Shown piece after piece: positions 1 through 10,219 of a DNA stretch of 64,000 nt (positions are counted from its first letter, which is position 1; every line of letters starts with the position of its first letter). The DNA is from an uncultured Bacteroidota bacterium. GTDB taxonomy: Bacteria > Bacteroidota > Ignavibacteria > UBA10030 > UBA6906. The stretch is taken from the NCBI GenBank assembly GCA_963700635.1, contig CAVOYH010000003.1, positions 864,001 through 928,000 of the forward strand, given 5' to 3'. The notes below the pieces were generated by a model, which made no database searches, had not been told where the DNA came from, and was given only the letters and a program-made list of their open reading frames with translations. The translations under genes and the position numbers were made by a program.

Positions 1-1
1 G

Positions 2-1072
2 AGGGTAGACCTTCTTGCTCCGGACCGGTACTTTGAAACCGTAGCCGAGTTCCGGCGTACGGGGAACATGTTTGAAATCGTGACGCTGGATTACTGGCGG
101 AAGAACTACGCCTACCGAATGCCCGCTTCGCGTGTGAAGTGGCGGGAAGACTATCTGGCGATCCCGACCGGACTCAAACACATTACGGATATCGTGCAAT
201 ATAAGCTCCGCCGCGAGGGGAAGTCGGACGATCAGATTGAAAAAATGCCGATGGCGGAGAAACTTGCGGTCGCCGATGCGTTCTTCGGCGGCGGGCACGA
301 AATGATCATCGCCCGGCATCACTACAAAGAAGACGCCACGCACGAGACCGAATTGTATTCGTCCGGTGAAATGACGGAGGAGGAGCATTTCTGGTATTTC
401 AAGCTGACCATTGATGCGATCCGGGACATCACGCTGAACAACCGGTACGTCCGATATATCAGCGTGTTCCAGAACTGGCTGCGGCCGGCAGGTGCATCAT
501 TTGATCACCTGCACAAACAGCTGGTGTCTCTTGACGAATGGGGCGCCTCCATTCAGAACCAGATCAGGATGTTGCGCGACGACGCCAATGTATTCAATGA
601 ATTCGGGGTCAACTTCGCCGCGCACCACAATCTTGTGTTTGCGGAGAATGATTTTGCCATTGCGTATGCAGGCATCGGACACCGCTACCCGACCATCGAG
701 ATTTATTCGCGTTCACAGGCCGGACGGCCGTATGAGCACACGGACGAAGAGATCCGTGGTATCAGCAATCTGGTCCATGCAATCCATGCGGCAATGGGAA
801 GTCAGATCTCCTGCAACGAGGAATGGTATTACACGCCGATCGATGCAGTGTACAAGATGCCCTGGCATGTGCTCATCAAATGGCGCGTCACCGTACCGGC
901 CGGCTTCGAAGGGGGGACGAGTATTTTTATCAACCCTATGACACCGATCGATCTCCGTGACAAAATGGTGCCGCGCCTCTACAAGCTGAGGGATGAGGGA
1001 AAAATCGGGTGGGTGCGGATCGCTGAAGAATGCAGAGTCGATCCGAACCCGCTGAAGTACTACCTGAAGTAG
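2..1072 (+). CDS. DUF4921 family / GalT-like HIT nucleotidyltransferase (5'-truncated by window edge)
   Basis: Frame is open from position 2 (RVDLLAPDRYFETVAEFRRTGNMFEI...). The motif FQNWLRPAGASFDHLHKQL resembles the GalT 'GAS..HxH.Q' motif, and C-terminal PAGFEGGT.I.INP resembles GalT. Confidence 0.75.
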   Translation, partial: RVDLLAPDRYFETVAEFRRTGNMFEIVTLDYWRKNYAYRMPASRVKWREDYLAIPTGLKHITDIVQYKLRREGKSDDQIEKMPMAEKLAVADAFFGGGHEMIIARHHYKEDATHETELYSSGEMTEEEHFWYFKLTIDAIRDITLNNRYVRYISVFQNWLRPAGASFDHLHKQLVSLDEWGASIQNQIRMLRDDANVFNEFGVNFAAHHNLVFAENDFAIAYAGIGHRYPTIEIYSRSQAGRPYEHTDEEIRGISNLVHAIHAAMGSQISCNEEWYYTPIDAVYKMPWHVLIKWRVTVPAGFEGGTSIFINPMTPIDLRDKMVPRLYKLRDEGKIGWVRIAEECRVDPNPLKYYLK

Positions 1073-1140
1073 CAGACCGCACCCTGGACCGGCATCCCGC
1101 GCTGGCACTACGGCGGGCTCCGAACACCCCCTCCACCAGT

Positions 1141-3105
1141 ATGATCTCTGCCGTCGACATATCGCTGCAGTATGGTGAACGGCGCCTCCTTGACGCCGTG
1201 ACGTTTCATGTTGGTTCTCACGACCGCATCGGACTGGTCGGATCCAACGGCTCGGGAAAATCCACCCTCCTCCATATCCTCCTCGGTGACATGAAGCCGG
1301 ACAGCGGGACCGTGACCCGCGCCCGCTACGTGACGGCGGGATACCTTCCCCAGGAAGGAATCGCGCTGGCCGGACGATCGCTGTACGACGAAGTGGAGTC
1401 CGTGTTCGAGGATATCGTACAAACCCAGCAGGAATTGACACAGGTACAGGAAGCGATGGCCACGGAGCCGCACGACACGGAGGCCTTCCGCGAATTGCTC
1501 GATATCTACGGCGAGCTCCAGCACCGGCTTGAAGCCTCCGACGGCTTTCGCATGCAATCCCTGATTGAAAAGGTTCTCACCGGCCTGGGATTCCAGAAGC
1601 GGGATTTTACGCGACTCACCGAAGAATTCAGCGGTGGATGGCAGATGCGCATCGCACTGGCGAAACTCCTGCTGCGCCAGCCCTCACTGTTGCTCCTGGA
1701 CGAACCGACGAATCACCTTGACCTCGATTCTCTGCAATGGCTGGAAGAGTATCTGCAGGAGTATGAAGGCGCGGTGATTCTGGTCTCACACGACCGGCGG
1801 TTTCTGGATATCATGACACGCCGGACATTTGAACTTTCGGGGGCACGCCTGATTGAATATGCGGGCAATTATACCTTTTCCCTGAGCGCACGCGAGGAAC
1901 GGAAGGCCCATCAGGCTGCGGCGTACAGCAATCAACAGCAACAGATCAAGCAGACGGAACGGTTTATCGAACGGTTCCGCTATAAGGCCACAAAGGCACG
2001 GCAGGTCCAGAGCCGCATAAAGGCGCTGGAGAAGCTGGAGCGGGTAGAGATCGAAGACGATGAGAGTGGCATCCGCTTCAAATTCCCTCCCGCTCCGTCG
2101 TCCGGACGTGTGCTGATGGAATGCCGGGAGATTACCAAGGCCTACGGGTCCCTGAAGGTATTCCGGGAACTGTCGTTGACCATCGATCGTGGTGACCGGA
2201 TCGCCTTCGTCGGCGTCAACGGAGCGGGAAAATCCACCCTTGCCAGAATAATCGCCGGTGTGGAACCCTTTGACACCGGGGAGCGAATGCCCGGACACAA
2301 TGTCAGCGTGTCGTATTTCGCGCAACACCAGGCTGAAGACCTGGATCCGACGCTGGATGTGCTGCAGACGGTTGACGCCGTTGCCGCCGGCGACATCCGG
2401 GCCCGGCTCCGTTCACTGTTGGGCGCTTTTCTGTTCACCGGCGATGATGTGTTCAAGAAAGTCGGAGTGCTTTCTGGAGGTGAAAAAAGCCGTCTGGCTC
2501 TTGCGAAGATGCTCCTGAAGCCGGCAAATCTCATCGTGCTGGATGAACCGACAAACCATCTGGATATGCGGTCGAAGGAGGTTCTCCAGCGCGCGCTCGG
2601 AGAGTTCGACGGGAGTCTGATCGTGGTGTCACACGACCGTGATTTTCTTGACCCTCTGGTGACAAAAGTGGTAGAATTTAAGGACCTGGGAATACGCACG
2701 TATCTTGGAACGGTGAGCGACTTTCTTGAAACACGCCGGCGCGAACAGGATGCGGGAAAAGCTTCAGTGGACTTCCGGCCGCAACCCGCCGTTACAGCCG
2801 ATCGCGACCGCAAACGCCGTGAAGCGGAACTCCGGCAGGAACGCTACGAGAAAACACGTCCGCTGCAAAAACGGCTCACTTCTCTGGAACAACGGATCAA
2901 GGAAGCGGAATCGACGAAGAATCTTCTGGAACAGCAGATGGCTGATCCGGAATTGTACCGCGGGCCCGATCGTATCCGCGAGATCCAGCTCTCCTACCAG
3001 ACAGTCGGAGAAACGCTCCAATCCCTGTATCATCAATGGGGAGCGGTGTCGGAAGATCTCGAGCGGTGGATGACGCACTTCGATGCAGAAATACAACGGC
3101 GATGA
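1141..3105 (+). CDS. ABC-F family ATP-binding protein (ribosome-associated)
   Basis: Two ABC cassettes (GSNGSGKS, FSGGW, LLLDEPTNHLD; GVNGAGKS, LSGGE, LDEPTNHLD), inter-domain linker RFRYKATKA, C-terminal coiled coil, no TM segments. ATG 1141 chosen as start. Confidence 0.95.
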   Translation: MISAVDISLQYGERRLLDAVTFHVGSHDRIGLVGSNGSGKSTLLHILLGDMKPDSGTVTRARYVTAGYLPQEGIALAGRSLYDEVESVFEDIVQTQQELTQVQEAMATEPHDTEAFRELLDIYGELQHRLEASDGFRMQSLIEKVLTGLGFQKRDFTRLTEEFSGGWQMRIALAKLLLRQPSLLLLDEPTNHLDLDSLQWLEEYLQEYEGAVILVSHDRRFLDIMTRRTFELSGARLIEYAGNYTFSLSAREERKAHQAAAYSNQQQQIKQTERFIERFRYKATKARQVQSRIKALEKLERVEIEDDESGIRFKFPPAPSSGRVLMECREITKAYGSLKVFRELSLTIDRGDRIAFVGVNGAGKSTLARIIAGVEPFDTGERMPGHNVSVSYFAQHQAEDLDPTLDVLQTVDAVAAGDIRARLRSLLGAFLFTGDDVFKKVGVLSGGEKSRLALAKMLLKPANLIVLDEPTNHLDMRSKEVLQRALGEFDGSLIVVSHDRDFLDPLVTKVVEFKDLGIRTYLGTVSDFLETRRREQDAGKASVDFRPQPAVTADRDRKRREAELRQERYEKTRPLQKRLTSLEQRIKEAESTKNLLEQQMADPELYRGPDRIREIQLSYQTVGETLQSLYHQWGAVSEDLERWMTHFDAEIQRR

Positions 3106-4535
3106 AACGAGGAGACCTTGTCACGCTGGTTGTGGAACGCTTCGGCGCAGAAGGAAAGAGTGTTGCTCGCGTCGAAGGGTTTGTGGTATTCGTGCGCGGT
3201 GGTGTTCCCGGCGATACGCTGACAGTGCGCCTGACCCGGGTGCGGAAGAGCTTCGCTGATGCGGAGACCGTCTCCGTTCTCACACCTTCCCCCCTGCGTA
3301 CCACACCCCGGTGCAGGTTCTTTGGCGTCTGTGGAGGCTGTACGTGGCAACACCTTTCGTATGAGGGGCAATGTGAATTCAAACGCCAGCAGGTGATCGA
3401 TGCGCTGGAACGGATCGGCGATTTTGAAGGTGTCCGCGTGCATCCCACCATCGGTTCGGAAAACGTGTACTACTACCGGAACAAGATGGAATTCTCCTTC
3501 GGGGTGCGATGGCTGACCCAGGAAGAACTTGCCGTGATGCCCCCGGCGCATGAATCAGACTCGACAGTCGACCGGTTCGCGCTGGGGCTGCACATACCAC
3601 GACGCTTCGACCGTGTACTGGACATCACCGAATGCCATCTGCAATCCCCCGCCAGCGCAGCTATCGTGAACGCGGTACGTGTCTTTGCCAGAGACCATCA
3701 GCTCTCTATCTATTCCACCACCACGCATACAGGGTACCTGCGAAACCTTGTCATCCGCGAAGCGCAGAAGACGGGTGAACGGATGGTGAACCTTGTTACC
3801 TCGGAAGAACGTCCGGCATTGATGAATGAGTTTGTACAGATGATCCTCTCCCAGTTTCCAGAGACCACCACGATTGTCAACAATATTACAACGCGCAAGT
3901 CCCAGGTCGCTCTTGGCGATCGCGAAGTAGTGCTCTACGGGTCGGGGTGGATAACGGACCGGATCGGTACGCGGACATACAGGATATCCTCCAATTCGTT
4001 CTTTCAGACGAACACCGTGCAGGCCGAACATCTGTACAACGTGGTGCGCCGGTATGCGGCCATTCAGCCACACGAGACGGTCTACGATCTCTACTCGGGC
4101 ACCGGCACCATCGCCCTGCATGTCGCCGGTGATGCCGCAGCGGTAATCGGGATTGAATCGGTGGGCTCCGCAGTTGAGGATGCCCGGCAGAATGCCGAAG
4201 CCAACGGAGTCCACAATTGTACGTTTCTTCTTGGGGATCTGAAAGACCAGCTGGCCGAGATTCCCCCGGGAGTACGTCCGCAGACAAAACCGCACGTTGT
4301 GCTCTGTGATCCGCCCCGGGCGGGCATGCATCCCAATGTTGTGGAGACGCTCCGCGCCATGCATCCGGACCGTATTGTGTACGTGAGCTGCAATCCCGCA
4401 ACCCAGGCCAGGGATTTGAAGATGTTGTGTGAAGACGGAACGTATCACCTGATCGAAGCACAGCCGGTCGATATGTTTCCGCACACCACGCATGTCGAGA
4501 ATGTCGCAGTCCTTCTCTCCAGGGGAAACGCTTGA
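3102..4535 (+). CDS. rlmD: 23S rRNA (uracil-C5)-methyltransferase RlmD/RumA
   Basis: TRAM N-terminus, Fe-S motif C..FGVCGGC, YRNK, SFFQTN, DLYSGTG, DPPRAG, YVSCNP, DMFPHT.HVE. ATGA overlap with the ABC-F stop. Confidence 0.95.
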   Translation: MKRGDLVTLVVERFGAEGKSVARVEGFVVFVRGGVPGDTLTVRLTRVRKSFADAETVSVLTPSPLRTTPRCRFFGVCGGCTWQHLSYEGQCEFKRQQVIDALERIGDFEGVRVHPTIGSENVYYYRNKMEFSFGVRWLTQEELAVMPPAHESDSTVDRFALGLHIPRRFDRVLDITECHLQSPASAAIVNAVRVFARDHQLSIYSTTTHTGYLRNLVIREAQKTGERMVNLVTSEERPALMNEFVQMILSQFPETTTIVNNITTRKSQVALGDREVVLYGSGWITDRIGTRTYRISSNSFFQTNTVQAEHLYNVVRRYAAIQPHETVYDLYSGTGTIALHVAGDAAAVIGIESVGSAVEDARQNAEANGVHNCTFLLGDLKDQLAEIPPGVRPQTKPHVVLCDPPRAGMHPNVVETLRAMHPDRIVYVSCNPATQARDLKMLCEDGTYHLIEAQPVDMFPHTTHVENVAVLLSRGNA

Positions 4536-6988
4536 TGCGCACGCGGATCGTATCGATTCTTACACTGTCCATGCTCCTCTCCGCAGGTGCGCCCGGGCAA
4601 ACGGCCCTCAAGCAGATCCGTGCTGTGCGGACGCAGGTGAGTCCGCGGCTTGATGGTCTGCTCGATGATGCATGCTGGCGGCAGGCGCCTCCGGTGACGG
4701 ATTTTGTGCAGTTTGATCCGGTGGAAGGGAGTCCGCCCACCGAACAGACCATCGTCCGGTTGCTGTATGACGATGATGCGCTGTATGTCGGGGTACTCTG
4801 TGCCGACCGGCATCCCGAGCGGATTGTGCGTCAGCTCAGCCGGCGTGATCGGTCAACAGAAGCAGACCGCTTCACCGTGATGATTGATTCGTACATGGAT
4901 CGGCAGACGGCATTTGTCTTCTCCACAAACGTGTCCGGAGTACAGAGCGATGGGATCCTGTCGCAGGGTGGAAGTGTGTATGACAACAGCTGGGATGCGG
5001 TATGGACGGCGAAGACCCGCGTGGGGAAACCGGGGTGGTCTGCGGAATTTGCGATTCCCTGGAATGCCCTCCGGTTCGCCCGGGGCGCCTACCGGTGGGG
5101 CATCAATTTCCGGCGATACATCAGCCGTAAGAAGGAAGTCCTGGAATGGGTCATGGTCACACGGGGCGAACTCTACTCCATTCCGCTCTGGGGGAGGATT
5201 GATGGAATCACCGGGATCACGCCGCCCCTGCACCTCGAAGTTGCACCATATCTTTCAGCGACCCGGACAATGAATACAGGGATCGTCGGACCTGCTGCAC
5301 CTTCAGGAAACACATGGGCTGTCGGGGGTGACATTAAGTATGGTGTTTCAAAAAACTTCACACTGGACGCCACCGTAAATCCGGATTTCGGACAAGTGGA
5401 GGTGGATCAGGCGGTGTTGAATCTCACTGTTTTTGAGACACGCTACCCGGAGAAACGGCCGTTCTTTGTGGAAGGTGCGCAGATGTTCACCTTCGGGGCA
5501 AGTGTGGACAATACTCCGCTCACCCTGTTTTTCTCGCGACGTCTGGGAAGGCAGCCTCGTTCTGCCTCGTCCGTGGCGCATACAAAGGGGGGGTGGGGGG
5601 GAACGAGTCTTGAACAGAATCCACAGGTAACAACAATTCTGGGTGCGGCAAAAGTCACCGGGCGCACGGCAGGCGGATTGTCCATCGCAGCTCTTGCCTC
5701 TGCAACGGACGAAGAATATGCGCTCTTCCGAGGGAACGATGGATCAACCTACCGGAGCCGTACGGAACCTCGTGCATCGTACAATGTTATGAGGCTCAAA
5801 CAGGAATGGAAAAACGGCAGCTGGTGGGGTGGTATGGCCACATTTACAGCGCTTCAGGGCAACAATCCTGTGTTCTCCGGTGGATCCGACTGGAACCTGC
5901 GGATGCTGGGCGGCCGGTACACAATGGATGGCTATCTTGCGGGGACCCAGGAAGGACGCGTCGGCGGCAGTGCGGGACGTCTTCTGTTCTCACGCATCAG
6001 TGAAGAACACTGGTTTCCGACCGTATCGTATGATTTCTACTCACCAAAGTTTGAACCGAATGACATCGGCTTTTTCGCCCAACCCCATGATCACGGCGGT
6101 TATGGACAGCTTGTGTACAGGGAGAACGCATCCACCGGCCCGTTTCTACGCTACTACTTTGCATTAAACCCCGAGGCCCGCTGGAATTGGGACGGTGCAC
6201 GAACCCACACACTGGTCCGCACTGAAGCAATCGTGGAATTCCGAAATTTCTGGGAAACGACGCTGTCATACCTCCGTTCGTTCCCGGCGTATGATGATGA
6301 AGAGAAGGGAATTCTGGGCCTGTATCGGCGTCCTGGAGGTCACACGGGTACGGTGAAGGTGCAGACCGACGACCGTCATATGATCTCCGCATCTTTGCTC
6401 GCCGGCTATGAGCGAGATGATCTCCGAAAATCGACGCTCCTGAGTCAGATTGCGGTAACCTACCGCCCATCATCGTGGATGGAGGTGAGTCCGGTCGTGT
6501 ATTATCAGCGAACCCGCGGCGAGGAAGCGTGGATCTACCCTGACGCAAACATCCTTGACGTGGCCGTCTCTCCCCGGCCCTTCAGCGTATTCGGCGACAG
6601 GGACGTAGAGTTGCTGGATCTGTCAGTGCGGGGCATCGTAACATTTACGCGAACGCTCAGTCTGCAGTTTTTCACGCAAGTGTTCTGGGCGCGTGGTACG
6701 TACACGGGATTCCGGCGCCTGGTAAACCCCGGCTCATTAGCGCCGTATGACTATGAAGCACACCCGTCATTCTATAATCATGATTTTAACAGTGTCACCT
6801 TTAATGCGAACGTCCTGCTGCGCTGGGAATATCTTCCCGGCAGCACGCTCTATCTGGTGTGGACGCAGGAACGTGAGGGGGACACCGGGGTCTACAGGCA
6901 GGGAGTACGGGAGAGGGTTGGGGATGTGTTCCGTCTTCCGCGGGAAGATGTGGTGATGGTGAAGGGAACGTACTGGTTCTCGTTCTGA
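4535..6988 (+). CDS. CBM9-like/DUF5916 outer-membrane protein
   Basis: Signal peptide, N-terminal 'P.LDG.LDDA.W' CBM9-like domain, NPDFGQVEVD...EKRPFF.EG and LFFSRR motifs, C-terminal aromatic beta-strand (KGTYWFSF). Confidence 0.85.
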   Translation: MRTRIVSILTLSMLLSAGAPGQTALKQIRAVRTQVSPRLDGLLDDACWRQAPPVTDFVQFDPVEGSPPTEQTIVRLLYDDDALYVGVLCADRHPERIVRQLSRRDRSTEADRFTVMIDSYMDRQTAFVFSTNVSGVQSDGILSQGGSVYDNSWDAVWTAKTRVGKPGWSAEFAIPWNALRFARGAYRWGINFRRYISRKKEVLEWVMVTRGELYSIPLWGRIDGITGITPPLHLEVAPYLSATRTMNTGIVGPAAPSGNTWAVGGDIKYGVSKNFTLDATVNPDFGQVEVDQAVLNLTVFETRYPEKRPFFVEGAQMFTFGASVDNTPLTLFFSRRLGRQPRSASSVAHTKGGWGGTSLEQNPQVTTILGAAKVTGRTAGGLSIAALASATDEEYALFRGNDGSTYRSRTEPRASYNVMRLKQEWKNGSWWGGMATFTALQGNNPVFSGGSDWNLRMLGGRYTMDGYLAGTQEGRVGGSAGRLLFSRISEEHWFPTVSYDFYSPKFEPNDIGFFAQPHDHGGYGQLVYRENASTGPFLRYYFALNPEARWNWDGARTHTLVRTEAIVEFRNFWETTLSYLRSFPAYDDEEKGILGLYRRPGGHTGTVKVQTDDRHMISASLLAGYERDDLRKSTLLSQIAVTYRPSSWMEVSPVVYYQRTRGEEAWIYPDANILDVAVSPRPFSVFGDRDVELLDLSVRGIVTFTRTLSLQFFTQVFWARGTYTGFRRLVNPGSLAPYDYEAHPSFYNHDFNSVTFNANVLLRWEYLPGSTLYLVWTQEREGDTGVYRQGVRERVGDVFRLPREDVVMVKGTYWFSF

Positions 6989-7011
6989 AGCACCGGGAAA
7001 GAGAATGTCCG

Positions 7012-7920
7012 TTATATCAACGTGCGATTAAAGAAGTCCACGATACGTCCGAAATACTCTTCGCCCCCCACGTCAGCCATATCGTTGTGTCGTGCCCCTT
7101 CGATAAGCCAGAATTCCTTCGGTTCATTGGCGTTTTCATAGACACGTTTTGAATAGCTTGCCTTGATCAGATTGTCGGCGGTACCGTGGAGGAAGAAGAT
7201 GGGAACGTGCACGTCACAAACGGCCTCAAGGGGGGAGACCGCTGATGCTTTAAAATGTGCGATTTGTTCCGACCGTTTGATTACGATATTACGCAGGTAG
7301 TGCCAGGGGAGTTTGATCATCCGCTTCTGATATTCGTCGTACACCGTCCGCAGTGTTGCAAAGCCGCTTTCTGCAACGATGCTCGCCACGCGTGAATCCA
7401 GGGCTGCCACCTGAATGGCCACGGCGGCCCCCATGGAGCTTCCCAGGAGTCCGATCTTACCCACTTCCAGATCCTTCCGTGCAAGCAGCACATTGATAAT
7501 TGTCGAGGTATCGTGTTTTTCATAGAAACCGTACGTACAATACCGGCCGCCGCTGTCGCCGTGGCGGCGGGAGTCGTACAGGAAGACGTGATACCCCGCA
7601 TCGTGAAGGTGTTTGGCAGCCGGGAGGCCAACAATCATACATTCGCTGACGCCATGCAGGACAATAACAGTTCCGCGCGCTGGTCCTTCAGCCTTGATCA
7701 ACCAGCAGTGAAGATCAATACCCTCGGCTGTCTTCAGGGTAAGCTCCTCGTGCCGGAGCCCCAGATCGGAGGGATGCAGGATATTCGTAATCCGTTTGTA
7801 GTAGTTGTATGTGCGGCGATGCGGTTGCAAGAGCATCACCGGCCCGATGACCAGCAGCACGGTGGAAATGAACACCATGAAGAGGACAATAAAAATCAGT
7901 ATGACAGCCAGAATTGTCAT
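7012..7920 (-). CDS. Membrane-anchored alpha/beta hydrolase
   Basis: N-terminal TM helix, LHG oxyanion motif, HGDSGG, nucleophile GSSMG, HGTAD and GARHN triad residues. Confidence 0.9.
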   Translation of the reverse strand: MTILAVILIFIVLFMVFISTVLLVIGPVMLLQPHRRTYNYYKRITNILHPSDLGLRHEELTLKTAEGIDLHCWLIKAEGPARGTVIVLHGVSECMIVGLPAAKHLHDAGYHVFLYDSRRHGDSGGRYCTYGFYEKHDTSTIINVLLARKDLEVGKIGLLGSSMGAAVAIQVAALDSRVASIVAESGFATLRTVYDEYQKRMIKLPWHYLRNIVIKRSEQIAHFKASAVSPLEAVCDVHVPIFFLHGTADNLIKASYSKRVYENANEPKEFWLIEGARHNDMADVGGEEYFGRIVDFFNRTLI

Positions 7921-7925
7921 GGATC

Positions 7926-7954
7926 AATATACGTACCCTCGCTTCACGAAGCAA
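7926..7954 (-). promoter_or_regulatory. sigma70-type promoter of the hydrolase (leaderless)
   Basis: TTGCTT-N17-TATATT, 5 nt before the ATG at 7920. Confidence 0.65.
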
Positions 7955-7962
7955 TAAACTCT

Positions 7963-7991
7963 TTGCATCTGCAGGGTCAACTTCGTATGTT
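7963..7991 (+). promoter_or_regulatory. sigma70-type promoter of the glycosyltransferase
   Basis: TTGCAT-N17-TATGTT, 8 nt before the ATG at 8000. Confidence 0.6.
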
Positions 7992-7999
7992 GAGCAGCG

Positions 8000-9148
8000 A
8001 TGAGTACGAACGGCAGCAAACACCCCCGCCGGGTTGCGATTGTGCACGAGTGGTTCACCTCCATGCGTGGCGGTGAAAAGTGTGTGGAAGCCCTCTGTGA
8101 GGTGTTCCCCGAGGCAACCCTCTTCGTTCTGCTGCACAACGAGGGTTCGGTTTCACCGATTATCGAGCGGATGCCAATCCGCACATCGTGGATTCAGCGT
8201 CTTCCGTTCGCTGCAGAACGGTATCGTCATTACCTCCCCCTTTTTCCAGCCGCTGTCCGCTCGTTTTCCCTGAACGACTATGACCTTGTTATCAGCTCAC
8301 ATCATTGTGTGGCGAAGGGCGTTGTGACAGCTCCGGGCACGTTGCATGTGTGCTATTGTTATACACCGATGCGGTATATCTGGACCCAGTACGACGAGTA
8401 CTTCGGTCCGGAGCGCGCAGGCCTGCTCACCAGGATGGGGATGCGGCTCGTACGACCACACCTGCGTGCCTGGGACGTCAAGACCGCAACCCATCCGCAT
8501 CATTTTGTCGCCATATCCGAGAACGTGCGCCAGCGTATTCGTACGATCTACAGCCGGGAGTCGGATGTCATCTATCCTCCGGTGGAAACCGAGGCGCTGG
8601 GAGTATCCACACGGGACGAGAAGTTCGCGCTCATCGTAAGCGCACTGGTGCCGTACAAACGTGTTGACCTCGCGGTGGAGGCCTTTCAACGATTGGGAAG
8701 GCGACTGGTGGTCATCGGCGACGGACCTGATCTCCCGCGGCTGCGCACCATGGGCGGCGCCGGGGTGGAGTTCCTCGGATGGCAGTCTGACGACGTGGTC
8801 AGAGATCACTATGCGCGATGTTCCTGTGTGATCTTTCCGGGAGAAGAGGACTTCGGGATTGTTCCGGTTGAAGCAATGGCCTGCGGAAAACCTGTGATTG
8901 CCTATGCGCGTGGCGGTGCGCTCGAGACGGTGCTGGAGACGCCAACGGTGCGCACGGGAGTTCTGTTCGACGAGCAGACCCCGGACGCGCTGGCTGCTGC
9001 GGTTGAAGAGGCGGACCGTATTCGCTTTGACCCCGGGGCACTTCGCACGTTTGCCCTGCGTTTTGACCGTTCAGTGTACAAGCAGCGGATGGAACGGTAT
9101 ATTCTCCAGCGGTGGCAGGAATTTTCAGCCGGTTCACCGCAACCGTAA
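8000..9148 (+). CDS. Glycosyltransferase family 4 (GT-B)
   Basis: HEWFTSMRGGEK, CYCYTPMRY, YKRVDL and EEDFGIVPVEAMACGKPV motifs. Confidence 0.92.
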   Translation: MSTNGSKHPRRVAIVHEWFTSMRGGEKCVEALCEVFPEATLFVLLHNEGSVSPIIERMPIRTSWIQRLPFAAERYRHYLPLFPAAVRSFSLNDYDLVISSHHCVAKGVVTAPGTLHVCYCYTPMRYIWTQYDEYFGPERAGLLTRMGMRLVRPHLRAWDVKTATHPHHFVAISENVRQRIRTIYSRESDVIYPPVETEALGVSTRDEKFALIVSALVPYKRVDLAVEAFQRLGRRLVVIGDGPDLPRLRTMGGAGVEFLGWQSDDVVRDHYARCSCVIFPGEEDFGIVPVEAMACGKPVIAYARGGALETVLETPTVRTGVLFDEQTPDALAAAVEEADRIRFDPGALRTFALRFDRSVYKQRMERYILQRWQEFSAGSPQP

Positions 9149-9178
9149 GTCCGGAAAGATGTTACCGGAATCGGCGCG

Positions 9179-9207
9179 TTGACTTTCGGACACCGTTTTT
9201 GTATCTT
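9179..9207 (+). promoter_or_regulatory. sigma70-type promoter of the M23-bactofilin-atp operon
   Basis: TTGACT-N17-TATCTT, upstream of a GAAGGGG RBS and ATG 9233. Confidence 0.65.
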
Positions 9208-9232
9208 TATATTCCATATTTGCAGAAGGGGT

Positions 9233-10147
9233 ATGGCAGGGCAGGAAGCAAAGCGAACACATTCGGCGCGGCGGTTCGATATCGTCATCGTTCCCTCGGA
9301 CGAGCGAGGCAAACCACTTCGCTATCAGACGGGATGGTGGAAGATTGGAGCGCTGGCGGCGGGGGGAGTGTTGGGCATTGTTGCCATCACGCTCGCCGTT
9401 CTGATGTTCACGCCTGTGATGATGGTATTGCCGATTCCTATCCCGGCACTGGAAGCCAGGTACGGACGAGAGCTTATCGAAACGCAGCAAGAGTTGCATG
9501 CCCTGGCAGAGGATGTGATCCTTCTGCGTGACTACAACACACAGCTGCGCCGGGCAATGGGGCAGGAGAGTGACAAAGGAAGAGGGGTTGACGGTAAGAA
9601 CGCGGATGCTGTACAGACGCAGATGGTTCCACCACCACCCGACGTGCGCGGACAACCTACAAGGGTGAAGCCGACCCCCCGTTCCATGGATGCAGGTCAG
9701 GCCTACGAACAGCATCTGCCCACCGTTGCGGCGGCAAACGTACCGTCCAGATCTGCTCCTCTGGAACTCCCCCTGCTTCTTCCTGTAGAAGGTTATGTCT
9801 CCCAGGGCTTCGATCTGCCCCGGTTGCATCTCGGAATCGATATCGCGTCAAAACGGGGTTCACCCGTCCAGGCGCCGGCCGATGGATATGTCGTCTACAC
9901 AGGTTGGACGTATGAAGACGGAAACACACTTGTGATTGCACACGGTTCGGGGTTCCTGACCGTGTACAAACACAATCAGACAATTCTCAAAACGATTGCC
10001 AGTTCGGTACGGCGCGGTGAGGTGATCGCGCTGTTGGGTACTTCGGGGCGGACGAGTCAGGGACCGCACCTGCATTTTGAGGTATGGAAAGACGGAATCC
10101 CCAGGGATCCGCATGAGCTCTTGCTGACGCCCGCACGAATCCAGTGA
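9233..10147 (+). CDS. M23 family metallopeptidase (membrane-anchored)
   Basis: TM helix plus coiled coil, then HLGID, YKHN and GPHLHFE zinc motifs. Confidence 0.92.
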   Translation: MAGQEAKRTHSARRFDIVIVPSDERGKPLRYQTGWWKIGALAAGGVLGIVAITLAVLMFTPVMMVLPIPIPALEARYGRELIETQQELHALAEDVILLRDYNTQLRRAMGQESDKGRGVDGKNADAVQTQMVPPPPDVRGQPTRVKPTPRSMDAGQAYEQHLPTVAAANVPSRSAPLELPLLLPVEGYVSQGFDLPRLHLGIDIASKRGSPVQAPADGYVVYTGWTYEDGNTLVIAHGSGFLTVYKHNQTILKTIASSVRRGEVIALLGTSGRTSQGPHLHFEVWKDGIPRDPHELLLTPARIQ

Positions 10148-10219
10148 AACGTCGGGCAGTACTCCACGACGTCGGAGTACGGCAAGGGTCGATCGCACAC
10201 GGTAGAGATGAGGAGCATC

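Noticed and set aside
1030-1140. Upstream-extended ORF starts in the track (1030, 3036, 9179, 13414, 27285, 38065, 40380, 53137, 53666, 55615)
   Set aside because: These extensions overlap neighbouring genes or promoters. Downstream starts fit domain boundaries, RBS or stop-start coupling better.
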